Assembly (NCBI GenBank): GCA_001600815.1
Contig: BCKZ01000004.1
Coordinates: 1,267,566 to 1,331,565 of the forward strand
Length of the DNA: 64,000 nucleotides
Source of the DNA: Alloascoidea hylecoeti
Lineage: Eukaryota
Reading direction: 5' to 3'
The notes beneath the pieces were generated by a model. The model saw nothing but the letters and a program-made list of their open reading frames with translations, was not told the origin of the DNA and ran no database searches. A program made the position numbers and the translations under genes. Of the stretch, positions 14,627 through 25,736 are shown one piece after another (within the stretch, counting starts at the first letter, position 1; each line of letters begins with the position of its first letter).

Positions 14627-16360
14627 CTATTTTTGTCCAAGGGTTAGACTTAACCTCTTTGCAATATTTTGTAATTTTTCATCACGTCTAACTTCATCTT
14701 CAATCTGTTGAACTTTTTCTTCAATTGAAATCTCACTTCTTGGACTTGTTGGAGGTAATGCTTCATTTGCTAAATCAGCTTTTTTAGCAGAAGAAAAATC
14801 TTTAATTGCTTTTCTAATCCCTTCAGATCCTAACATTAATGTACCAGTTGGTAATTTACCATCATTTGCAGATTTTAATTCATGAACATTTTCAGCTTCT
14901 TCACGTAATATTGAAAATAATCTTGACATTCTACCAATTGCTAAAACTTTATTACGTAAAGCACGTCTTCTTGCCTCTAATTCTTTTGTTTCTTCAATAA
15001 CTGTTGGTATAATTGGTATATCATCATTTAATTCATCATCTGAACAAGTATTTAAAATCGAAATTAACATTTCAGTTACTTTTTCACCAACAAATGGTAA
15101 TGACCAAGTGAAAACATCCATAAAATTTGGTAACCAATATGGATGATTTGAAGCATTAAATTGTCTAATATTCATTATATTATTTTCATATTTTAAAATT
15201 GCTGCTTTATTATTATAAGTATCCAAATAATTTGGTGCTGAAAACATTGTTAATAAACTTGGAAATCCCATTGCTCTTGTTTTTTTATACATTCTGTAAC
15301 CAGCATCTTGAGCTTCATGTGCTCTTATAATTGATAATAAATTATTTCTTTCTAAGAATGCGCATGCAACTTTATAAGTAAAATAATAAGAACAACCTCT
15401 AACATCATTATTTAAAAAATGAGAATCAGTATTATCTTCTTCATAAGTATCTGAAGGATCAGCCCATAATAAATCACACATAAGCCCTCTTGTTGGGGGT
15501 TCTCTAAACCTATCAAGATTTCTAATATCATCCAAAGTTTTCAAAGCAGGAGATAAACCACCATGAACACAGAAGAATTGTTTATTCATAATTGCAGCTA
15601 ATGGTAAAGCATTAAAAGATTCAAGACATAAATTATAAACATCCATTGTATATTTATGTAAACATTCAGTTTTAAATGTGAAATATTCAGTTAAATGACG
15701 GCATTCATGATTACCACGTAACATATGAAAAGTCTTTGGATAAGTTATTTTTAAAGATAATAATAATAAATAACATTCCATTGAAAAATAACCTCTATCA
15801 ACATAATCACCTAAAAATAAATAATTTGTTTCTGATGGATCACCACCAACTTCAAATAATTTCATTAAATCATAATATTGTCCATGAATATCACCACAAA
15901 CTGTAACAGGCGCTTCAATATCTAATAAATTTGGTTCGCTTTTTAAAATTTCATTACCTCTCATTATAATCATTAATGCTTGATCTTCTGTTAAACGACC
16001 TTCTAAGAAAAAATGTTGTTTTAAAAATTCTAAATTTGGTGTACCATCTGGATGGAAAACTTCGTTATCTGAGGGTTTTGATGCAGGAGCAGGAATAGCT
16101 TTTAAAAATAAGTGTTAATAAACATAGAAATATATAATAAGATATCATTTCATTTCAATGTTCAACATACTATTCAATATCCGCTCATTTGTTTTCACTT
16201 CTTGTCCTTCATCAGTGACATAAACAGAGAGATCTTTATTATTAGATGGTCCTCCTCCTAGCTGTCTTTTTGAAATCATTCTAATTGCCTTTTCCATTTT
16301 GACAGTGTTATTCATAGCAGTAGCACCATCTATTTCAATCTGAGGAGTAGTAGCAAACAT
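14627..16360 (-). CDS. CNA1: Calcineurin catalytic subunit A (PP2B); exons 16360-16171 and 16098-14627 (~553 aa)
   Basis: PPP motifs GDIHG, GDYVDRG and LRGNHE; calcineurin-specific [22 protein letters not shown] (CnB binding), CaM-binding [19 protein letters not shown] and autoinhibitory [13 protein letters not shown]; a 72-nt intron GTATGT…TATTAAC…AAG joins the frames. Confidence 0.96.
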
Positions 16361-17300
16361 GTTTTCTAAAACCTTTGTATTGAATTATTTGAAAGAATTG
16401 AAAAAAAGTGAAAGGCGAGGCTGAAACAGATATTCAAATATCAAAGATTGAAAAGGAGGTTGAAATTTATGCATTTAAGCTTTCACTTCGATGCGTGTTA
16501 CCCGGAAATACAGCAAAACACAGGCGCATCGATTGAATCTTCTACGTATTCAACAATCCCATTCATAGAAACAGATTCACAATCTCGAGACTTCTGGATC
16601 CACAAGATTGGATTTTGAATTTTTATGGATGATACTGCACTTGATGTTGAGGAACAAATTTAAACCTTTTGCAATTGGGTTTCTGCTAAGTCCGGTTGCC
16701 AAACTGGTCTTCACTCAATTTCTCAGCACAACTGCAGCTGAACGTACAATGAGATATTTATATGTGAGTCTGTTTAGAATGGAATTGAGTTGGTTCTCAT
16801 TTATAGGTTTAAGTGAGAAATTACACATGTTTGTGCCCTGTTTCCCGTAAAATGAATACCGGAAGAGGTGAGCTTTCTGAACGATTCTTTATCCAATTGA
16901 ATTGGCCATGGTATTAAATAGAATAGTTAGAACCATCGTTTTAATCAGCCCTAAATTACATGTACACACTCAGCTGAGGAAACTTACATATTCATTTACA
17001 CTTGTTATGATTGGTACAAACAGGGTGGATATAATGGCACATTGCTAGTATTATAAGAGACTTGAAACCAGTTATGGGGTAAATTGGCTAAATATAGAAA
17101 CCAAACTGAGCCTGACTGATGCCCATACCCCACAACTCTTTTACAAATGCATTCTATGCTACAAGAGCAGAATTTTAAGTATCATTCACGATGGAATATA
17201 ATTATCACAAATAGAAGTATATTATCACGTATATTATATGTTCATATACATCCTTAATTATAATTAAAAGCTTTAAATTTAAACCTAAATTTTAAACTGT

Positions 17301-17614
17301 TTATTTGAAAGATTCAGAAACATGGTCAGCGGCCTCAGCAACTTTTCCTTTAGCAGATTGTTTTTCTGTAGATGCTTTATCAGCACCTTTTTGAAATGTA
17401 CTTTTGTCATCTTCTGGTTGAGCTTCTTTACCAAATTTGTCAAGGTAGTCTGTTCCTTTCTCTTGTACTTGTTCTAATGTATCTTTTTCAGAGTCTGGTT
17501 TGATAGCTTCTTTAGCTTTATCAACGAAACTTTTTCTTCCGACTATATCAAGAATAAATTATTAGAAATTGCTCAATTGATCCATAGAAAATATCAAAAC
17601 TTACCGTCAGACAT
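17301..17614 (-). CDS. HSP12: Hsp12/Hsp9-family small stress protein, copy 1 (83 aa); exons 17614-17605 and 17542-17301
   Basis: Spliced product MSDVGRKSFVDKAKEAIKPDSEKDTLEQVQEKGTDYLDK…AEAADHVSESFK matches the Hsp12 signature (MSDxGRKxFxxKAxExxKPDS); intron GTAAGT…CTAAT…TAG. Not in the ORF track. Confidence 0.92.
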
Positions 17615-18688
17615 TGTTGATTTGTAGTGGTTTTAATAGAAATAGTAAGGTGTAATAATTTGTTGGTAAATTAATACTTATACAGAAAGAATATAAATAA
17701 AAGTGGAAATGATAGCTTTATATAGATCATAAGTGTAAGTTGATCATCATCATTGGAAATGGTGATGTAACAATGGTAATGTAACAATTGCCAAATATAT
17801 CTAAATAAAAAGCAAATATAACTTCAGTGACTATTGGAAAGTTTAAACCAATTGCTACTCAATTTAATTTGTATGCTTTAGGTATAGTAATAGCAAGAAG
17901 CCTATATAAAAGAATAATGAGGTTTGACGCTGGTGTATGTATGTTATTTTGACGGTCACCAAATCTTACTGTACCACGACGTATTATGTTAGCTATAGTA
18001 CACCAAGAGGCCGAAATTAAACGAAATGACGGTGTTTTTCTGGTCAATAATTTGCAAGAAACACGTAGTTTCACACAACACATAACTGGGTGGAAAAAGG
18101 AAGTAGGCAAGTTATTAATTACGAAACAGAGAATTTTAAATTTCTATTAGAATAAATTTTCAACACCTTTAAAACCAGCAGATCCAAGGGTACCTATTTT
18201 AACGCTAACGGGAGATTCAGATGAGCAGATTAGATCTGCCATTTCGAAATTTCCAAGTTTCTATTTTTTTATGATTGAATAAAAAGATTCCGAGATTAAT
18301 ATTCTGGTTGTGGGGTTTCCCAAAGAGGAAAATGTGAAAAGAGACTTTTGGGACGTCGACTGTAACCGTACAACAGTGCTCTAGTGGTATATTTCACTAG
18401 TTGACTAGCTCTGATTCCAACAGTCACATCTCCCTTCCATTCTTTTCACGATCCAAATAATCATCACATACAATTAAACTATAACTATTCTACATATGCA
18501 TTCTATGTAACAAAAAAAGAATTTAAAGTACATCATTCAAGGTCCAATATAATTATCACAATAAAGGTTTACTATCAATTATATATTTACATATACATCA
18601 TAATTAGAGGTGTATAATTATTGCTTTAAATTTAAACCTATAATTTTAGACTGTTTATCTAAGATAATCAGAAACCTAGTCAGCCGCT

Positions 18689-18989
18689 TCAGTAACTTTC
18701 ATATTTTTTATTATTATCGTGATGAGTTTTACCTTTAGATATTTTATCAGAAATCTTTTGAAGTGTACCCTTATCATGTCGTGGTTCAACATGTTTAGCA
18801 GCTTTGTCCATGTAATCTGTTCGCTTCTCTTGAGCCTTTTCTAATGAATTCTTTTTAGAATTTGGCTTAATAGCTTCTTCAGCTTTATCAAAGAAACTTT
18901 TTCTTCCAGCTATATCGAGAATATTTATTAGAAAAAGATGCATAGAAGTAATATTGATTGAATACATATCAAAACTTACAGTCAAGCAT
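18689..18989 (-). CDS. HSP12: Hsp12-family protein, copy 2 (76 aa); exons 18989-18980 and 18909-18689
   Basis: Same intron position and near-identical promoter as copy 1; MLDSGRKSFFDKAEEAIKPNSKK…KYESY; the ancestral C-terminus lies out of frame downstream. Confidence 0.82.
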
Positions 18990-19416
18990 TGTTGATTTGT
19001 AGTGGTTTTAATAGAAATAATAAGGTGTAATAATTTGTTGGTAAATTAATACTTATACAGAAAGAATATAAATAAAAGTGGAAATGATAGCTTTATATAG
19101 ATCACAATAAGTTGATCATTGGAAATGGTGATGTAACAATTATCACAGATATTATATAACTTCAGTAGCTTTGCTACTCATGATCAATATAATTCGGATG
19201 CTTTAGCTATAAGCTTAGAATTAGATGATGGTGTGTGGAAAGTTTTATAATGTTTTCATTGTACTGTACCACGTCGTATTATATTGATTAATATTATTAA
19301 TTTATGTAAAAATTATATTTTCTTCACCAATTTGTTTGGTCCACGTTTTTAATTCTTGTTACATCTACTATAATTAATTGTCTGTTGATTTGAACAATGA
19401 GTCGAAATTTTAACAT

Positions 19417-19624
19417 TTATATTCCTATCTCTTTAATTAGGATCTAAAAAAATAATTAAATTTGGTCCTAAGCATAAGTTAATGGTTTCGGTAATGGCTT
19501 TTAGCATCACTTAAAGATCAGATTAAATTTTTTCTCAAGTAAAGAGCTTAAAATGAATCGGTTGTTAGTTTTTTTTTTGATTCCCCTTGAGTATCATTTT
19601 ATCTTAACCACCTTAAGATTTTTA
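19417..19624 (-). pseudogene. Internally deleted SDS22 duplicate (3' end fused to intron-2 region)
   Basis: 19417-19476 matches 20929-21003; 19507-19624 matches 21710-21830, including intron 2 (…aaaatgaatc…ttgagtatcatttt…ccttaagatt). Confidence 0.85.
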
Positions 19625-20156
19625 ATGAACACTAGAATATCTAGAAGTGTGCTTTCCGAATGATTCTTATCTAATTGTGTTGAAATTAGCTTGGAGCACA
19701 AACAGGTAACTAATAAGTGGTATGAAATAACATCTTATGTACGTACTCCGTTTAGAAAACCTACAAACATATTTACATTACTTGAAACGGTTAGTTACAT
19801 ATATGACTGGTACAAATGGGGTGGGCGGATATAATGACACATGGCTGAAGCACTTCAAACTTATTCTGGGGTAGATTGACTAAATATAGGAAAAATACAG
19901 AATTCTAACTAACTCTACAGCTGATTTAAGCTCTGATTTTGATGAATTCTCCTACAAATGTATTTGATGTCACAAAAGCAGAATTAAGTACAATTCACGA
20001 TGGAATATAATTATCACAAAAAAAGAAGTTTATTATCGCATATTTATATTCATATTTATCCTTTATTATAATCAAAAGCATATAATTATTGTTTTAAATT
20101 TAAACCCATAAATTTAGACTGTTTATTTGAGAGAATCAGAAACCTGGTAAACAGCC

Positions 20157-20495
20157 TCAATAGCGGTTATCACCTACATATCCATCGTTGCGACGTCCAC
20201 TGTTGTGATAGGAATTGTCATGATGAGCATTCTTTTTTTCTGTAGATAAACCATCAGAAATCTTTTGAAGAGGACCTTTGTGACTTTCTGGTTCAGTATG
20301 TTTAGCAAACTTGTCAACGTAGTCTGTTCTCTTCTCATGTACTTTTTGTTGTGTATTCTTTTGAGAGTTTGGCATGATAGCTTCTTTAGCTTTTTCAACG
20401 AAACTTTTTCTTCCAGCTATAACGTGAATAAATTAAATGTTAGAAAGAGATGCTTAGAAGTAATTGAATACATTTCAAAACTTACGGTCAGACAT
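20157..20495 (-). CDS. HSP12: Hsp12-family protein, copy 3 (89 aa); exons 20495-20486 and 20416-20157
   Basis: MSDPGRKSFVEKAKEAIMPNSQK…; conserved intron position; promoter nearly identical to that of copy 2; novel H/N/G/R/Y-rich C-terminus. Confidence 0.85.
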
Positions 20496-20948
20496 TGTTG
20501 ATTTGTAGTGGTTTTAATAGAAATAATAAGGTGTAATAAATTGTTGGTAAATTAATACTTATACAGAAAGAATATAAATAAAAGGGGAAATGATAGCTTT
20601 ATATAGATCACAATAAGTTGATCATTGGAAATGGTGATGTAACAATTATCACAGATATTATATAACTTCAGTAGCTTTGCTACTCATGATCAATATAATT
20701 CGGATGCTTTAGCTATAAGCTTAGGATTGGATGATGGTGTATGGAAAGTTTTATAATGTTTTCATTGTACTGTACCACAACGTTTTATTATATTATTAAT
20801 TAGGTAACAATGACATTTTCTTCCTCAATTTGTTTTGTGCACCCTTTACTTCTTGTTACTCTAGATTTACTATAATTTAATTGTCTGTTCTGTTGTCTCG
20901 ATCCTAACAATGAATTCGAAATTAAAACTTATATTTCTATCTCCTTAA

Positions 20949-22282
20949 TTAAGCTCTAAGATAATTAGCATCAATTTTATTTAAATGTGATCCTAAACAT
21001 AATTGTAATTTCCTCCTATACATCACCGGATTTTGTAATTGAATTGGATTTCCTTCAAAATAAACAGATTCCAATAATTGACAATGTTTACCTAATTCTT
21101 TTTCAATATTATCAAAAGAATCGAATTTGTTATAACTTGCCCAAAAATCGTTTAATTTTGATAAATGTTGAATATTTGAAATTTTGGAAATGAAATTTCC
21201 AGTAATATCAATAATTGTTAAATTAGGATTATTTTCAAGTCCTGCTAATGATGTTAAACCATTATGAGTAATATATAATTCTTCTAAATTTTTTAAATTT
21301 TCTAAACCTGTAATTTCTCTAATTCTATTTGATTGAATTGATAAAACTCTTAATTTTTTTAAATTATCTAAACCTTCAATTTTTGTAATTTTATTTTTAC
21401 CTAACCATAATTCTTCTAAATTAACCAATTCATTTAATCCTTGAATTTTTCTAATTCTATTTGCACCTAGTTCCAAATATGTTAATTTTGAAAAATTATT
21501 CAATCCTTCAATTATTTCAATTTTATTTTGAACAAAATATAATTTACTTAAATTTATTAAGTTTGATATATTTTTAATATGTTTTATTTTATTAAAACTT
21601 AAATCTAATGATGAGAGATTTGTTAATTCATTTAAATGATGAGAAATATGTTTTATTCTATTATCATAAAGATCTATTTCTTCAATTGTTTTGCTAATTG
21701 ATTTAACACCACTTAAAGATGTGATTAAATTTTGTCTCAAATAAAGAGTCTAATAGTAATAAAATGAATCAATCGTTAGTTTTTTATTCCACTTGAGTAT
21801 CATTTTTCATACTTACCTTAAGATTCTTAAACCTTTCTAAATTTAAATTATCCAATGATTGAATCTTTAAATGAATTAATTCAATATAATCAGTATCATC
21901 TTCAATATCTTCCAACAAATCTATTCAAGCAATATTATCAATTAGTGAAATTGTCTTTGTTTATATTATGAACATTTATATTTAACAAACCTTGATCAGC
22001 ATCAATAACATCAGGATGATCATCATCAATCAATTCAATATTCATCCCTCTTTCCCCACCAGTATCAAGAATTGCACCATTTGGATTATTGTTATTTTCA
22101 ATTTCATTTTCATTGTCTGTATCTGCATATTCTGATTCACTTGTTGTATTGTGATGATCATCTTCTTCATGATCAATTCCAATTTGAAGTTTGTCTAATG
22201 AGTCTAAAACATGTACATGTTTATCTTGATCTTTATCTTTATCAAGATCCCGCTCGTTCGTAGAGGCTAGGTCTTTTGACAT
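20949..22282 (-). CDS. SDS22: PP1 regulatory subunit Sds22 (LRR protein); exons 22282-21991, 21920-21817, 21749-20949 (~398 aa)
   Basis: Acidic N-terminus, then DADQDLLEDIEDDTDYIELIHLKIQSL…LYLRQNLI, serial SDS22-type LRRs (LxxLxLxxNxIxxIxGL) and an LRR cap (YFEGNPIQ…YRRKL…IDA); two in-frame introns. Confidence 0.95.
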
Positions 22283-22529
22283 GATGAATATTGTAGATGG
22301 GTTCTTATTATAAAGTGTGGCGAATATGTTATATTTTGATGGATGGGTGAATGGGATCAATGAATGGGATCAATGAATGGAAAATTACAATAATAATATT
22401 TCAATATAAAGGATAATATTAATATTAATTGAAGTTTGATGTAGTTTATATTATTTTTACATGGTTTATATAAATGTGGATAAAAGTATAGTTAAATCGT
22501 ATAATCATAGTATTCGAAATGGTAATTAT

Positions 22530-23201
22530 TTATAAAGCTAATAGTTGATGTTAGTGACATCGCAATCGCAATCTTAATAATTATAACTCACCCTCTGTTT
22601 GACCCAAAATATAATTGATTGTCTTCTCAACAGTTGTAAGTTCTCCAGCAACATTACTAAAAGCATATAGTTAGTAACAGATATCAATCATAAACATCAA
22701 CACTTCAATAAAAGACATACTCTGGGATCTCAATATCAAACTCCTATTTTCGTAAATATTCCAGACAAATTAGTATGATAGATCATCCAATTATGTTAAT
22801 TATAATTGTTTCATACCTCTTCAATGGCAACGGAGGCTTCAATGGCATATAACTCATCAAATCCTAGATGCTTGACGATATCTGTCTCTAGACCCAACTG
22901 TTTAATGAAACATTAGTTATATCGAAAGGTAAATTATAAGTCTGTAATTGATCCATACGTTACTAATGGGTTTCTAGGGAATAAAATGAACTTGTTAGAT
23001 CATCATCATTTAATGGGCAAAAAAAGTACTCACAGCTGATGGAAAAGAACCCAAGACGTTATAGATTCGAGATTTAACCTCATCTCTCGTAAGTCTGCCA
23101 GAAGGGGTGACTGTAGCAGAAAAAAGCCTAACTGGAGCTCTGGAAGATGATCCTGTGGCAGCGGAGAGGGATCCTACTAATTTTGCAGTGTTTCTAAACA
23201 T
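22530..23201 (-). CDS. Mitochondrial acyl carrier protein-like (119 aa), lacking the DSL serine; exons 23201-23034, 22973-22959, 22897-22817, 22743-22721, 22656-22592, 22537-22530
   Basis: Five GT-AG introns with CTAAY branch sites splice to MFRNTAKLVGSLSAATGSSSRAPVRLFSATVTPSGRLTRDEVKSRIYNVLGSFPSAKPISNLGLETDIVKHLGFDELYAIEASVAIEEEFDIEIPDNVAGELTTVEKTINYILGQTEAL: an Arg/Ser-rich presequence plus the ACP signature AIEEEFDIEIPD. Confidence 0.88.
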
Positions 23202-23539
23202 ATCTTTTTGATTTGATTGTTCGATGTTTTGATGCAGACAAAAAGATTTCTATTTTATGTAGTCATATTACATAATCAGATACAGATATTAATTTATACA
23301 AAGTGAATAAGTTTTGGATTATTTCTCTCATTAAATTTGGAACATTATGCAATGCATTTCATTTTTGGACGAAAGATATTCATAATTCCTACTCATGGAG
23401 GAGCAAGTTACTGAAGGAGTCATTTTGATAATAAGCAATTCAAATCAACGTTATTAAACGGAAGTTTATTAAACGGAAGTTTACTTATAAATTTTATTCC
23501 GATCACCATCTAACCATGGAAATAATGATTCAAAAAACA

Positions 23540-24060
23540 TTAAAGAATCTGACTGTGGCTGTCCTATTTTAAAGGTGTTCTTCATTGGCAATGGAGGAAA
23601 AGTTTGGACATAACTACAAGGGGTCAATTGCCTTGAAACTTGGTTTTTGCCTTATTCCACCTGCCTATAAGAGCTCGCTTGGAGTCCAAATGGTAAAGCT
23701 ATTGCAACAAGTAATGAAGATGGAACTTGTAGAATATTTGAAATACTACACATACAACTAATGTTAATGACACACAAACTGAGAACGGGGCAAGAAATGT
23801 TTGCTTTGATTCAGAAGGTATAGTATCTTTCACTAGCGGAAGCAATTGATAAAGAAACATTAAAAATAGATACTTCTGGTAATCATAATAAAATGGTCAT
23901 GGAGCAAATAATTAAGTTTTGGGGGTGAGATAGCTGGAATGGGTCTTGATTCAGAAAGTGACAGAGGGAAGATTTTAACGATTGGTGTTTCAGACTCTAC
24001 TGTTCCTGGCATTCTACAGTATGAAATAGAGAATGACATTAAAGGATTTTAAATATGGGA
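23540..24060 (+). pseudogene. WD40-repeat gene remnant
   Basis: Fragment at ~23671-23745 translates ELAWSPNGKAIATSNEDGTCRIFE (a typical WD40 repeat) within a stop-ridden frame; limits are approximate. Confidence 0.55.
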
Positions 24061-25736
24061 TGGAGTATATTGGTGGATGTATTGGTTTAACCCATAATTA
24101 ATCATTTACAACATTATGTAATTAAAGTTGGTACACTCATACACTCATTCGTTGCAAATAACATATCTAGAAACTGAAATTTTATACAACAGTTGATCAA
24201 ATTAATTTATCTATGGTATGCTTTCGAACCTATCCTCTTTCAAGATAAATTGTTTAAAAAGATTTTAATTGAACGGAATCGCAAACACCAAAATTCTATT
24301 GATGAAACTATTAGCTTTCTATTGAAGACTATCTCATACACACACTCAAAGACATATTATACTCCACGATATACCAGTTTTAGAAGTAAAATTATGATGA
24401 TATCATCAATAAAAATTGTCGCTAAAGGCATTGCTCTCCCTGTGCCATATTCTACAAATAAGTGACCATTCATCATTTAATGAATTCTTGGAAATAGTGT
24501 GTGGTGCGTGTGTGTACGAGTAAATATCTTATCTTTCAGCGAAGATATACTTGTTAACAGCCTCAATTAATTGAAGGATTTGATTTCTTTAAACTCAAAG
24601 AAAAATTAAATAAAAGATGAAAATATAATGAAAAACTGAAGGTTATTTTAGCATTGTTCAGATATAAGCTTATAGACCAAAAAATAATGTTAACAATCAC
24701 CAAAAGAGAAGAAAAAAAAAAGTTTAAAATCATCACTAAATATTGTAAGTATAAGTATAACATGTTACAATCTTATGACCAAGAACTTAAAGAAGAAGAA
24801 GTGAAAATAACAGAAACTTCGAGTGTATAAATATTGAAGATGGGGTTTCAAAACGAGATAAAATTAATTGAAGTTTATAAGGAATATAAACTTACATAAA
24901 TTCCATGTCAGTTGTCAGATTGAAATGATCCCAATTATACTGCTCCTTGATAATATGAAAATTGAGATTCCTCTTAAGGTTAACAATTCTCTTAAAATAA
25001 AATCGAGTTATAGATCTATTGAGAATTTCATGTTAAGTGATTCTATCACATTACTTTATTTTCAATTATCATTTTACTTAAAGTCATTTTATATATTCCT
25101 AACCCACACTCATTTATGCTATATGACTCTACTTCTTACTGAACATAATTTATATTAAGTTGTTTTCATATAAAAGAACTAATACTGCCGCTCATTTATA
25201 ATTCTATATAGCCTTTAATATATCTTCAATATACCTTAGAATATGACTAATAACAATTCCGCATCTTTCACATCTTCTTCTCAAGGTCAATTTACAAGGG
25301 AATAAGAAATTTTATATTCAAACACAGTTAAAAAGGCTTCAGGGAGTGAAAGGAATACAATAACGAGGTGATCCTATATGATCAAACTATGATAACTCAA
25401 TATCCATTACTATGTGCACATACAAATTAATGAATTATAATTATGATATGCAAGGCATTCATTATTGACAAGCTACATAATAGATGTACACCATCACTAA
25501 AGTTATTGTATATAAGGTTAAACCTCTATAATCAATAAGATACTTGTATTATACCAAATATATGTTAAAAATATAATATATAGAAATTTCTCCCCCTAGA
25601 AACTATACAGTATGGAGGCATCTAAATATATAGCTATAGTATAATTAATTATTTTGTTCTATCATAACCAAACACACCTACAAGCAAGCCACTGTTACTC
25701 TCATATCGCATATAAACAGATACTTGATAATATAAT

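Noticed and set aside
14627..22282. Functional phosphatase cluster (calcineurin A plus Sds22)
   Set aside because: Different phosphatase systems (PP2B versus PP1); no shared regulatory evidence; adjacency is probably chance.
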